Of a DNA stretch of 64,000 bases, positions 53,298-62,919 are shown piece by piece. Position numbers and translations under genes: made by a program. The notes below the pieces were generated by a model. The model saw nothing but the letters and a program-made list of their open reading frames with translations, was not told the origin of the DNA and searched no databases. The DNA lies in NCBI GenBank assembly GCA_002315535.1, contig DCHA01000057.1, forward strand, positions 676-64,675, given 5' to 3'. The stretch's first letter is position 1. Each line of letters begins with the position of its first letter. The DNA comes from Firmicutes bacterium UBA1764 (GTDB taxonomy: Bacteria > Bacillota > Clostridia > Peptostreptococcales > Anaerovoracaceae).

Positions 53298-53991
53298 TCA
53301 GGTTTTTGACCCGGAAAATTTATTTTGGCGAATAGTATCAAGACTTGTTGACTTTGTCGGATTGAGTATATTTTGCGCAATACTTTGCATCCCGGTTGTT
53401 ACCGCGGTGCCGGCACTGTGCGCTTTGTATTATACGGTCGTAAAAGTCTTTTTGTACAAGCAAACTAGGACCTTCAGGATTTTCTTCCAGACTTTTGCGA
53501 GGGATTTCCTGAAAAATGTTGTAGTGGGATTGATATGTATCCCCATTATTGCCCTATGTGTGTTTGGATACTTGGTAATGTTCGCAAACAGTGGAACGAA
53601 TTTAGGGGCAATAGCCTTTGTAATCTATTACATATGCTTGATTGTTCCGGTTGGAACGGTTCTGTATGTAATATTTATTAATGCAAGATTCAGTTTGGGA
53701 AAGCTTGAGCTTTTCAAGCAGGCTCTATCCATGACCTTTGCGCATTTGCCGAGCACCCTGGTTTTGGTTCTGCTCAGCCTTGAGCTTTGTCTGTGGTCTG
53801 TGAATAATTGGACTCCCGCGTTGATTACCCCTTGCCTTTGGGCTCTTGTTTCGTCATTCTTTGTTGAGCGAAATTTCGAAAAGCATCTTTCTGATGAAGA
53901 AAAAGCTGCTTTCAGAGGCGTATCCCTCGAGGATTTTTACGAACAAGAAGCAAACAGGAAAAAAGCAAGGGCTACACTATTTCGGAAATAA
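53290..53991 (+). CDS. YesL/DUF624-family membrane protein
   Basis: 233 aa, 5-6 TMs; family commonly embedded in CUT1 sugar loci; overlaps the AGE stop. Confidence 0.6.
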   Translation: MLNQVFDPENLFWRIVSRLVDFVGLSIFCAILCIPVVTAVPALCALYYTVVKVFLYKQTRTFRIFFQTFARDFLKNVVVGLICIPIIALCVFGYLVMFANSGTNLGAIAFVIYYICLIVPVGTVLYVIFINARFSLGKLELFKQALSMTFAHLPSTLVLVLLSLELCLWSVNNWTPALITPCLWALVSSFFVERNFEKHLSDEEKAAFRGVSLEDFYEQEANRKKARATLFRK

Positions 53992-54610
53992 TTGGGACAA
54001 GTAGCTTTGCAAGCTGACTGTGCCCTTTTCTGGATAGATGCATAAAGTCAATTTTGTTAAATTCACAGCCCTCAGCATCAACGAAATAGCATCCATTGCG
54101 AAGAGCTACATCCTTTAAATAGGGTGCAAGCTGTCGGCTTTTTTCAATGCAGCCTTCTCCCATTACTGGATCGTTAAAGCCTTCCTTGATTTGGGGAGGG
54201 CAAACAATTAGAATGTTTTTCTTTTCAGTTTGCCAGCAATCTACGCTCTTTGCTTTATTTATCAGTCTTTCCATTCCTACTGCTATTGCTGCGGCATTGG
54301 CATTAAATCTTTCTTTTGTATCATTTGTACCAAGCATAATTACCAGCAGATCAATGAATTCGTGACTTTTCAAAAGAGGATAGGCAACGGACAGGGCATC
54401 CATGCTTTCATGAAGGGGGTCTTGAAATACTGTGGTACGTCCTGATAGTCCCTCTTCAGTTACAAGATAATTGCTTCCGAGTTTCTTTTGGAGAAGGCAT
54501 GTCCAACGCTCGTTTTCATTGAATCTTATTCCACCGTCTGCGCAGTCGCTTGGGTCCGCACAGTATCCGTGAGTGTTTGAATCTCCCAGACATAATATAT
54601 GTTTTCTCAT
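53972..54610 (-). CDS. SGNH/GDSL hydrolase (candidate sialate O-acetylesterase), cytoplasmic
   Basis: ILCLGDSNTHGY, GLSGRTT, MLGTND blocks. ATG at 54610 with GGAGGT RBS. Paralog of 38582-39214. Confidence 0.75.
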   Translation of the reverse strand: MRKHILCLGDSNTHGYCADPSDCADGGIRFNENERWTCLLQKKLGSNYLVTEEGLSGRTTVFQDPLHESMDALSVAYPLLKSHEFIDLLVIMLGTNDTKERFNANAAAIAVGMERLINKAKSVDCWQTEKKNILIVCPPQIKEGFNDPVMGEGCIEKSRQLAPYLKDVALRNGCYFVDAEGCEFNKIDFMHLSRKGHSQLAKLLVPIISEIV

Positions 54611-54819
54611 TGTTAACCTCCTGAATTGTATACAATTTATTATTATAGCATCGAATGAATTCGTTTTGTCAGGATTTAACACAAATAATAATTAATAATA
54701 ATTAAGAAAATAAATATTTGAGCTAAAGCTTGTTTTGTCTAACAAAAATTGTATACTTTAAGTGAGTAAGTTAGATAGGGATTTCTATCTGTTTAAGTTA
54801 CTATATTAGGAGGAAAACA

Positions 54820-56121
54820 ATGAAGAAATTATTAGCAGTACTTCTTGCACTGGCTATGGTACTTTCTCTCGCAGCATGCGGAACTAAGAAAGAAGAACCT
54901 GCACCAGTAGCAGAACCAACAAGCATCACACTCTGGACATACCCAATCGGTAACTGGGGCGATGAAGCTTCTGTAAAGGCATTAACAGATGCTTTCACAG
55001 CAGAAACAGGAGTTGTAGTAAATGTTGAATACCTTTCATACACAGATGGTGATGATAAGGTTAACACAGCTCTTACAGCAAACCAGGCTCCAGACCTCAT
55101 CATGGAAGGACCTGAAAGACTCGTTGCTAACTGGGGCGCAGCAGGCTACATGGTAGACCTCTCTGACCTTGTTGATGCTGAAGACAGAGCACAGCTCAAC
55201 CCGGCAGCATTCGCAGCATGTGAAACAGCTGATGGAAAAGTTTACGAATACCCACTCGTAATGACAGCTCACTGCATGGGAATCAACTATGATGCATTTG
55301 TTGAAGCAGGTGCTGATCAGTATGTTGATATTGAAAATCACACATGGACAACAGAAGGCTTCTTCAAGGCTGTTGAAGCTCTTAACGCTAAGTTTGGTGA
55401 CAACGTAGCAGCAGTATACTGCGGTGGCCAGGGCGGCGACCAGGGAACAAGAGCTATCGTAAATAACCTCTATGGCGGAACATTTACAAGCGCAGATCAC
55501 ACAAGCTATACATGGGATTCTGCTGAAAACGTAAAGGCTATTTCAGAACTTTATAACACAAAGGGAATCACATTTGATCCTGCTATTGTTGGCGGAGATG
55601 AAATCAACCTCTTCCGTCAGGGCGTTCTTAAGATGGCATTCTGCTGGAATATTGCTCAGCAGCTCAATACAGATAATAATGATGCAGGCTTAACAAACGA
55701 TGGACAGAGAATCGAATTTATGTCATTCCCATCAGAGACAGGCGCAAGCCAGCTTTGCGGTGGTATCTGGGGCTTCGGTATCTTCAACAATGGAGATGAG
55801 GCTAAGATCGCAGCAGCTAAGCAGTTCATTACTTATATGTGCGACAGTGCTCATACAGCAGAAGCTGTAAAGACAGCTAACTATTTCGCAGTTCGCAGCA
55901 CAGCAGGCGGCACAGATATCAGCAATGTTTGGGCAGACAATGAAATCATGAATGAATATAACGTACTTATGCAGTACCTCGGAGATTACTATCAGGTAAC
56001 AAAGGGTTGGGCAGCAGCACGTACAGCATGGTGGAATATGCTTCAGGCAGTTGGCGCTGGCACAGATGTACAGACAGCTGTATCTCAGTTCGCAGCAGAA
56101 GCTAACGCAGCTGCAAAATAA
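54820..56121 (+). CDS. carbohydrate ABC substrate-binding lipoprotein (CUT1; candidate sialic-acid SBP)
   Basis: MKKLLAVLLALAMVLSLAAC-GTKK lipobox; AGGAGG RBS; nan-cluster context. Confidence 0.8.
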   Translation: MKKLLAVLLALAMVLSLAACGTKKEEPAPVAEPTSITLWTYPIGNWGDEASVKALTDAFTAETGVVVNVEYLSYTDGDDKVNTALTANQAPDLIMEGPERLVANWGAAGYMVDLSDLVDAEDRAQLNPAAFAACETADGKVYEYPLVMTAHCMGINYDAFVEAGADQYVDIENHTWTTEGFFKAVEALNAKFGDNVAAVYCGGQGGDQGTRAIVNNLYGGTFTSADHTSYTWDSAENVKAISELYNTKGITFDPAIVGGDEINLFRQGVLKMAFCWNIAQQLNTDNNDAGLTNDGQRIEFMSFPSETGASQLCGGIWGFGIFNNGDEAKIAAAKQFITYMCDSAHTAEAVKTANYFAVRSTAGGTDISNVWADNEIMNEYNVLMQYLGDYYQVTKGWAAARTAWWNMLQAVGAGTDVQTAVSQFAAEANAAAK

Positions 56122-56166
56122 GGTAATACAGACTATTAAGTTTAGAACCTAAAAAAAGCATTACCG

Positions 56167-56208
56167 CGTCCTATCACCGAGTATTCGCGGTGGTAGGACG
56201 TTTTCTTT
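56167..56208 (+). terminator. attenuator/partial terminator after the SBP gene
   Basis: CGTCCTATCACCG-8 nt-CGGTGGTAGGACG followed by TTTTCTTT. Confidence 0.55.
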
Positions 56209-56226
56209 ATAAGGAAAGGTGCGTTT

Positions 56227-57135
56227 ATGAAACAGACAAATAAACCATCAATGAGCCGTGTGCTCAGACGAAGAGAGACTTTTTCAGCCTATCTCTTCCT
56301 TCTTCCGAGTCTGATCTTTTTTATAGGCTTTGTAATCATTCCAATGGTTCTTTGCCTTTATACAAGTTTCTTTGATTCAAAACTAAATGCAAATACCCCG
56401 GATGTTTTCGTGGGCTTTGCAAATTATGTAGAACTTTGGAGAGATCCGGTATTCAAGAAAGCATTAGTTAACACTTTAGTAATTGTTGTAGTAAGTGTTC
56501 CTACAGTAGCGGCATTTTCGCTTTGGGTTGCTTCGGCAATTTACAAGATGAAGGACTGGATGCTGAGTGCTTTCAGATGTATTTTTTATCTTCCTGTAGT
56601 AACAGGTTCCGTAGCTGTTACCGTAGTATGGAAGTGGATGTACAACAACTATTACGGAATTTTTAATTATGTATTAAAAGGCGTTGGTGCAATTGATAAC
56701 AACATAAACTGGCTTGGCAATCCAAGTACGGCGTTATGGTGTATCATCATCATTTTGTTTACCACATCTGTCGGCCAGCCAATTGTTTTATATGTTTCTG
56801 CTCTCGGAAACGTAGATGCAAGCTTGGTTGAGGCCGCAAATGTAGACGGCGCAAACAATCTTCAGTCATTCTGGAAGGTTAAGTGGCCATCAATTATGCC
56901 AACAACTCTTTATATTATCGTTATTACAACAATCAACAGCTTCCAGTGCTTCGCTCTGATCCAGCTGCTCACTTCAGGTGGCCCGAATAATGCAACACAA
57001 ACAGTAATGTATTACATTTACTACACTGCATTTAAGCTTTACCGTTTCGGATACGGAAATGCTATGGGTATTATTCTCGCTATCTTTATTGCAGTCCTCA
57101 GCGCATTCCAGTTCTGGCTTGCCAAGGAAAAGTAG
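56227..57135 (+). CDS. carbohydrate ABC transporter permease (MalF-like)
   Basis: EAA loop VEAANVDGANNLQSFWKVKWPSIMP. Confidence 0.85.
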   Translation: MKQTNKPSMSRVLRRRETFSAYLFLLPSLIFFIGFVIIPMVLCLYTSFFDSKLNANTPDVFVGFANYVELWRDPVFKKALVNTLVIVVVSVPTVAAFSLWVASAIYKMKDWMLSAFRCIFYLPVVTGSVAVTVVWKWMYNNYYGIFNYVLKGVGAIDNNINWLGNPSTALWCIIIILFTTSVGQPIVLYVSALGNVDASLVEAANVDGANNLQSFWKVKWPSIMPTTLYIIVITTINSFQCFALIQLLTSGGPNNATQTVMYYIYYTAFKLYRFGYGNAMGIILAIFIAVLSAFQFWLAKEK

Positions 57136-57150
57136 AAAGGAGAAATACAA

Positions 57151-58032
57151 ATGCGTACTAGGAAAAACAAAGGTGCATATTATGTAGTATCTCTGATTAT
57201 ACTGATAATACTTGCATTGCTGTTCTTGTTCCCTCTGTATTGGATTGTTACCGGGGCATTTAAAACCGGAGCAGAAATTAATTCTGTAACACCTGTTTGG
57301 TGGCCAACAGAGTGGGTTACAAATAATTTTGAAAAGCTCTTCTCTAAGAGATCAGCTCCGCTGTTTGAAATCGGATCACTGACAGGACCTGTCGTGCCCG
57401 GAGCAATCAGATGGCTGGTAAACACTGTGTTTATGGCTGTCGTTGCAATGGTACTTACTTGTATCACAGCTTCTATGGCAGGCTATGCTCTGGCAAAGAA
57501 GCGCTTCACAGGTCGCCATATACTGTTTACCTTGATAGTATGTGCTATGGCACTTCCGAAACAGGTAATACTGATTCCGCTTATCAGAGAAATGAGTACC
57601 CTGGGCTTGTACGATAAGATTTGGGCTGTAATATTCCCAACCGTCGGCTGGCCATTTGGAGTATTCCTTATGAAACAGTTCTCTGAGGGCGTGCCGGGAG
57701 AAATACTCGAAGCCGCAAGAATTGATGGCGCAAGTGAAGCCAGAACATTCAGCAGCATTGTAGTTCCGATTATTAAACCGGGAATTGGTGCTTTGGCTAT
57801 ATTCACATTTATTAATAGCTGGAACGATTACTTTATGCAGTTGATTATGTTGTCAAGCTCCAGCAAGTTGACGATATCTCTTGGTATTGCAACTATGCAG
57901 GCTGAAAACAGCACAGATTTTGGAATCATCATGGCAGGGGCTGCCCTTGCTGCACTTCCAATTATTATCGTATTCCTAATATTCCAGAAATACTTCACTC
58001 AGGGAATTACCATGGGTGCAGTTAAGGGTTAA
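57151..58032 (+). CDS. carbohydrate ABC transporter permease (MalG-like)
   Basis: EAA loop LEAARIDGASEARTFSSIVVPIIKPG. Confidence 0.85.
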   Translation: MRTRKNKGAYYVVSLIILIILALLFLFPLYWIVTGAFKTGAEINSVTPVWWPTEWVTNNFEKLFSKRSAPLFEIGSLTGPVVPGAIRWLVNTVFMAVVAMVLTCITASMAGYALAKKRFTGRHILFTLIVCAMALPKQVILIPLIREMSTLGLYDKIWAVIFPTVGWPFGVFLMKQFSEGVPGEILEAARIDGASEARTFSSIVVPIIKPGIGALAIFTFINSWNDYFMQLIMLSSSSKLTISLGIATMQAENSTDFGIIMAGAALAALPIIIVFLIFQKYFTQGITMGAVKG

Positions 58033-58047
58033 AATCGGAGGTCGGAA

Positions 58048-59160
58048 ATGGCAACATTACAATTAAAAAACATAAAGAAAATTTATGAAGGTGGAGTAGA
58101 AGCTGTTCATTCTTTCAACCTTGATATTGCTGATAAGGAATTTATAGTACTTGTTGGGCCTTCCGGTTGCGGAAAGTCCACAACTCTTAGAATGATTGCA
58201 GGTCTTGAAGAAATCAGCGAAGGCGAACTTTATATCGGGGATAAGCTTGTAAATGAAGTTGAGCCAAAGGACAGGGATATCGCAATGGTATTCCAGTCAT
58301 ATGCTCTTTACCCGTACATGACAGTTTACGAAAATATGTCGTTTGCTCTCAAGCTTCGTCATCTCCCCAAAGATGAAATTGATCAGAGAGTCAGATGGGC
58401 TGCAGAGGTTCTTGATATTACAAAGTATTTGGACAGAAAGCCAAAGGCTTTGTCAGGCGGTCAGCGCCAGCGTGTAGCAATTGGTCGAGCAATCGTAAGA
58501 GAGCCAAAAGTCTTCCTTATGGACGAGCCTTTGTCAAACCTGGACGCTAAGCTCAGAAACCAGATGAGAGCTGAAATCATTAAGCTCCGCAAGAAAGTAA
58601 ATACTACATTCATTTATGTAACTCATGACCAGACTGAGGCTATGACTTTGGGAGATCGTATAGTTATTATGAAGGATGGTTGGATTATGCAGATTGGTAC
58701 CCCTCAAGAGGTATTTGATCACCCTGCAAATATTTTTGTGGCAGGATTCATTGGAATGCCACAGATGAATTTCTTTGATGGAGAGCTTGCTAAAAACGGA
58801 GAAAAGTATCAGCTGACAGTAAACGGATGCCCGGTTGAAATTGGCGAAAGTTTACAGCAGGCTTTAAAGGAAAAGGATGTTCCTTCAAAGAAGGTAATCG
58901 TAGGATGCAGACCGGAGCATATCGAGCTTTCATCAGCTGATAATGCACTTAAGGCGACAGTAGATGTATCTGAAATGATGGGAAGCGAAATCCATCTTCA
59001 TCTTAATTGTGAAGGAAAGGATATCGTAATTCGTGTTCCAAGCACAAAGCTAAGTGCAGAACATCGCGGCGGATTTGAATTTGGAACAGATCTTAAATTT
59101 GCATTCCCGGCAGATCTTATTCATCTCTTTGATCCTGAAACGGAGAATAATCTTATATGA
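58048..59160 (+). CDS. carbohydrate ABC transporter ATP-binding protein (MsmX/MalK/UgpC-like)
   Basis: Walker [29 protein letters not shown]. Long runs identical to the 37363-38568 product. Confidence 0.9.
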   Translation: MATLQLKNIKKIYEGGVEAVHSFNLDIADKEFIVLVGPSGCGKSTTLRMIAGLEEISEGELYIGDKLVNEVEPKDRDIAMVFQSYALYPYMTVYENMSFALKLRHLPKDEIDQRVRWAAEVLDITKYLDRKPKALSGGQRQRVAIGRAIVREPKVFLMDEPLSNLDAKLRNQMRAEIIKLRKKVNTTFIYVTHDQTEAMTLGDRIVIMKDGWIMQIGTPQEVFDHPANIFVAGFIGMPQMNFFDGELAKNGEKYQLTVNGCPVEIGESLQQALKEKDVPSKKVIVGCRPEHIELSSADNALKATVDVSEMMGSEIHLHLNCEGKDIVIRVPSTKLSAEHRGGFEFGTDLKFAFPADLIHLFDPETENNLI

Positions 59161-59603
59161 TTCTGGCAAAAATAAAGGATGCCGCACAATATCGTGGCAT
59201 CTGTGTGTATTTAGATCGCGCATTGGAGCGTTTTGAGTCTGATTTGCCTGGACTTACTCCAGGGCATGTAGAAATTGACGGAAATAATCTGTATCTGAAT
59301 TGCTTTGACTATGAAAGTCTGCCGGAGTCAGAAACCATGTATGAGGCCCATGATCATATGGGGGATATCCATATTTGTTTAAAGGGTGAAGAAAAGGTTT
59401 ACATTGCGGAAACAACTCGATTGAGGGAAGTAAGCAGAAACAGAGAAGGCGATGTCTTTATGCTTGAGGGCGATGCAGATCAGGTTGTTATACTTAGGGA
59501 AGGGGACTTTCTTGTAGTATTTCCCGGAGACGCCCATAGAATAAAAATGCAAGTAAACGGACCTTGCGCCGTTCGCAAGGCGGTATATAAATTTAAATTA
59601 TAA
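59157..59603 (+). CDS. YhcH/YjgK/YiaL (DUF386) family protein (NanQ-like)
   Basis: 148 aa; ATGA overlap with the ATPase stop; H-x-...-D/H cupin-like motifs (EAHDHMGDIHI, FPGDAHR); nan-cluster context. Confidence 0.65.
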   Translation: MILAKIKDAAQYRGICVYLDRALERFESDLPGLTPGHVEIDGNNLYLNCFDYESLPESETMYEAHDHMGDIHICLKGEEKVYIAETTRLREVSRNREGDVFMLEGDADQVVILREGDFLVVFPGDAHRIKMQVNGPCAVRKAVYKFKL

Positions 59604-59618
59604 TCACAGAAAAGAAGG

Positions 59619-60554
59619 TTGATTTCATTGAAAGATATTACTAAATATCAAGGCATTTTTCCGGCTTTTTATGCATGTTATGACAAGGACGGCAATATTT
59701 CCTTGGAAGGTGTAAAAAAGCTGACAGAGTATTTTATTAAGGTTGGAGTAAAGGGAGTATATGTTGGCGGAAGCTCCGGCGAATGCATCTACCAGGACAA
59801 GGAAGAAAGAAAGCAGCTTCTGGAAACGGTTGTTAAGACTGCTGCTGGCAGACTTACAATTATTGCGCACGTTGCTTGTAATAACACAAGGGACTCCGAA
59901 GAGCTTGCAAGACATGCAGAGTCTTTGGGCGTAGACGCAATCGCATCTATACCTCCGATTTATTTCAAGCTTCCTGATTATGCGATTGCAGAGTATTGGA
60001 ACGATATGTCTAAGGCTGCACCGAATACGGACTTTATCATTTACAATATTCCTCAGCTTGCAGGTGTATCTCTCGGTATTCCCCTTCTTAAGGAAATGCT
60101 CAAGAACCCAATGGTTGTTGGCGTAAAGAATTCATCCATGCCTGTTCAGGATATCCAGATGTTCAAGGATGAGGGTACAATGGGCGGTCGTCCTTTCGTT
60201 GTATTTAACGGACCTGACGAACAGCTTTGTTCCGGATTGGCAATGGGTGCCGACGGTGGAATAGGCGGAACCTACGCCGTAATGCCGGAGCTTTACCTGA
60301 AGATATATGATTGCATTCAGAAGGGCGATATTAAGACTGCAAGAGAAGTACAGAATGATGCAGACAGAATTATATATGCACTTTGTGCCTGCAAATGTAA
60401 TTTGTACGCTTCAATGAAGGAGATAATGAAGAGAAGAGTCGGAATTGATCTTGGCGGAGTGCGTAAACCTCTTTATAATATTACTGATGCAGATACAGAT
60501 CAGCTCAACGTATGTGAAAAAATGATTAACGAAGCAGTAAGCAAGTGGTCATAA
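59619..60554 (+). CDS. nanA: N-acetylneuraminate lyase (DHDPS/NanA family)
   Basis: GIFPAFYACYDKDG..., GVYVGGSSGE, VGVKNSS Schiff-base Lys region. TTG start; the in-frame TTG at 59628 fits the GAAGG RBS slightly better. Confidence 0.8.
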   Translation: MISLKDITKYQGIFPAFYACYDKDGNISLEGVKKLTEYFIKVGVKGVYVGGSSGECIYQDKEERKQLLETVVKTAAGRLTIIAHVACNNTRDSEELARHAESLGVDAIASIPPIYFKLPDYAIAEYWNDMSKAAPNTDFIIYNIPQLAGVSLGIPLLKEMLKNPMVVGVKNSSMPVQDIQMFKDEGTMGGRPFVVFNGPDEQLCSGLAMGADGGIGGTYAVMPELYLKIYDCIQKGDIKTAREVQNDADRIIYALCACKCNLYASMKEIMKRRVGIDLGGVRKPLYNITDADTDQLNVCEKMINEAVSKWS

Positions 60555-60565
60555 AAAAGCTCTTT

Positions 60566-60599
60566 AACGGGATCGACTATGTCGGTCCCGATTTTTTTC
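60566..60599 (+). terminator. rho-independent terminator ending the nan operon
   Basis: CGGGATCGAC-TAT-GTCGGTCCCG followed by ATTTTTTT. Confidence 0.85.
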
Positions 60600-60702
60600 G
60601 ATAGTTTCATATTCCAAAAGGGATTAAGAGACGAACAAGTATAAAAAATAACACAGGTACTCTGATGATATAATATAATCGCTATATTAAGGAGTGAAGA
60701 CT

Positions 60703-62634
60703 ATGGAAAGCAAATATTCAGGCTACATGGGACGTGTCGTAATGTACGACCTCAGCACCCAAACACTCACGGATTATCCGTGGTCTGACAGAGAGCGCGA
60801 GCTTTTCATTGGCGGTAAAACAATGGCATCAAAGATCATGCTGGACAATTTTACCGGACAGGAAAAACCGTTCTCCGAAGAAAACTTAATCGTTATCACG
60901 ACAGGTCCGCTCACAGGAACAGGGGCCCCAAGTTCCAGTCGTTTTAACATCTCAACATTATCTCCACAGACTCTTATTACAACATCATCAAACTGCGGTG
61001 GCCGCTTCGGATGGTATCTGAAGAAGGCCGGTTTTGATGCGCTTATTCTCAAGGGTAAGTGCCCGGAGCATTCATGGCTTGAAATCAACAATGACAAGTT
61101 CGTAATGCACAACGCTGATGATTTATGGGGTCTTAAGACCGGAGAAACGCAGGAAGCACTGCAGGAAAAGCACAAGATGCCTAACGGTAAGCTTATGAAG
61201 TACGGACAGCTTGCAATAGGACCTGCCGGAGAAAACCAGGTTCTCTATGCATCGGTAATAAGCGATGAAAGAGCATCCGGAAGAGGCGGCGTTGGTGCTG
61301 TATTCGGATGGAAGAACCTCAAGGCTATTACGGTTCGCGGTAACAAGACAGTCCCTGTTAAGGATCCTGAAAAGACAAAGCAGTGGATCATCAAGTGGGA
61401 TAAGTACATCAAGTCTCATCCGCTTACAGGAAACCAGCTGCCGAGACTCGGAACAGCAGGCCTTGTATCATCAATGCAGATGCGCGGAATGCTTTCATCA
61501 AAGAACTATAACTACGGTAAGTATGAACACTTCGACAAGGTAAACGGCGAAACTCTGGCAGAGGATTTCAATATCGTGAACAAGGGCTGCCTCACTTGCC
61601 CGATGAAGTGCGCAAGAACAGTAGAGGTTAACGGCAAGCCTGTTAAGGGTCCGGAGCTTGAAACTCTGGGACTTTTGGGCGGCGGAATCCTAAATCCTAA
61701 CCTTGCCGATATTCTAAAATGGAATTACGAGATAGATGAGCTGGGTATGGATACAATCTCTGCATCATCAACTCTGGCATACGCTATGGAGGCAAATGAA
61801 AAGGGCCTCTGGAAAAACGGACTCGAGTTCGGTAAGACCGATAACATCTCTCAGATTTGGGATGATGTTGCTCACAGAAGAGGAATCGGCGCAGAGCTCG
61901 CAGACGGATCCAAGAGACTTTCCGAAAAGTACGGCGGAAAGGAATTTGCAATCCATTCCAAGGGTATGGAGCTTGCGGCATATGAACCAAGACGTGCGGT
62001 TGGTCAGGGCCTCGGATATGCAGTATCCAACAGAGGAGGCTGCCACTTAAACGGCGGCTACCTGGTAATTGTTGAGGGCCTCGGTCTTTATACAAATCCG
62101 CTTACCCACCACGCAAAGGCAGACTTCACAATGCTATTCCAGAATCTCATGGAAACAATTTCAGCATCAGGACAGTGTCTCTTCACATCCTATGCGTTTT
62201 TCCCGGGATTCCTTATCACAAGACCTAATGGTGTAATTACAACAATTGCAAATAAAGCAATTCCGTTCATCGGAGGCGTGCTGAGACTTATCAACAGAGT
62301 ATCTCCGGCCTTGGCTTTGCATTTGCCTGTATTCCACCACACAAAGATCTTCAGCTATGCTTTGGGCATGCCAATGACCTTTGGTAAGTACATAAGAACA
62401 GGTGAAAGATCCTACAACGTTGAAAGGCTGGTAAACAGCAAATTCGGTGTAAATGCTTCTTGGGATACACTTCCTAAGAGACTTACTGATACTCCGCAGG
62501 ATCCAAACAATCCAAAGACTAAGGTACCTCTTGAAACGCTCAAGAAGACCTATTATAAAGCCCGTGGATGGGATCAGAACGGACTTCCGACCAAGCATAC
62601 CTTAAGAAAGCTTGGCCTTGGCGAATATTGTTAG
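60703..62634 (+). CDS. aldehyde:ferredoxin oxidoreductase (tungstopterin AOR family)
   Basis: GYMGRVVMYDLSTQ...FIGGKTMASKIM N-terminal AOR domain; CLTCPMKC [4Fe-4S] motif. ATG at 60703 with AAGGAG RBS; the GTG at 60694 overlaps the RBS. Confidence 0.85.
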   Translation: MESKYSGYMGRVVMYDLSTQTLTDYPWSDRERELFIGGKTMASKIMLDNFTGQEKPFSEENLIVITTGPLTGTGAPSSSRFNISTLSPQTLITTSSNCGGRFGWYLKKAGFDALILKGKCPEHSWLEINNDKFVMHNADDLWGLKTGETQEALQEKHKMPNGKLMKYGQLAIGPAGENQVLYASVISDERASGRGGVGAVFGWKNLKAITVRGNKTVPVKDPEKTKQWIIKWDKYIKSHPLTGNQLPRLGTAGLVSSMQMRGMLSSKNYNYGKYEHFDKVNGETLAEDFNIVNKGCLTCPMKCARTVEVNGKPVKGPELETLGLLGGGILNPNLADILKWNYEIDELGMDTISASSTLAYAMEANEKGLWKNGLEFGKTDNISQIWDDVAHRRGIGAELADGSKRLSEKYGGKEFAIHSKGMELAAYEPRRAVGQGLGYAVSNRGGCHLNGGYLVIVEGLGLYTNPLTHHAKADFTMLFQNLMETISASGQCLFTSYAFFPGFLITRPNGVITTIANKAIPFIGGVLRLINRVSPALALHLPVFHHTKIFSYALGMPMTFGKYIRTGERSYNVERLVNSKFGVNASWDTLPKRLTDTPQDPNNPKTKVPLETLKKTYYKARGWDQNGLPTKHTLRKLGLGEYC

Positions 62635-62645
62635 GAGGTCTAAAG

Positions 62646-62915
62646 ATGATAAACGTTGAATTATTTGGTCTCTTCAGACTCGATACAAAGATAAAGGGCT
62701 TTGAGCTTGACCCTTCTGCAGAAGGCGTTAGCACAGTCAAAGACATTTATCCGATACTTCTAAAGAAGGCAAAGGAAGTTAATCCTGCAACCAAAATATG
62801 TGCAAAGGACATAGATGGTTGTATAATAATAATTAACGGAGTCCAGTCAAAAAAGAGTGCTCATGTAAATGATGGTGATAAGATCCAGCTCATGAGTCCT
62901 GTATGCGGAGGTTAA
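62646..62915 (+). CDS. MoaD/ThiS-family ubiquitin-like protein (C-terminal Gly-Gly)
   Basis: 89 aa ending ...SPVCGG-stop; GGAGG RBS before the ATG at 62646. The track ORF start at 62568 overlaps the AOR gene. Confidence 0.7.
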   Translation: MINVELFGLFRLDTKIKGFELDPSAEGVSTVKDIYPILLKKAKEVNPATKICAKDIDGCIIIINGVQSKKSAHVNDGDKIQLMSPVCGG

Positions 62916-62919
62916 TGAT

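Noticed and set aside
62568-62645. Upstream extension of the MoaD-like ORF
   Set aside because: It overlaps the 3' end of the AOR gene. GGAGG plus the ATG at 62646 gives a canonical start.
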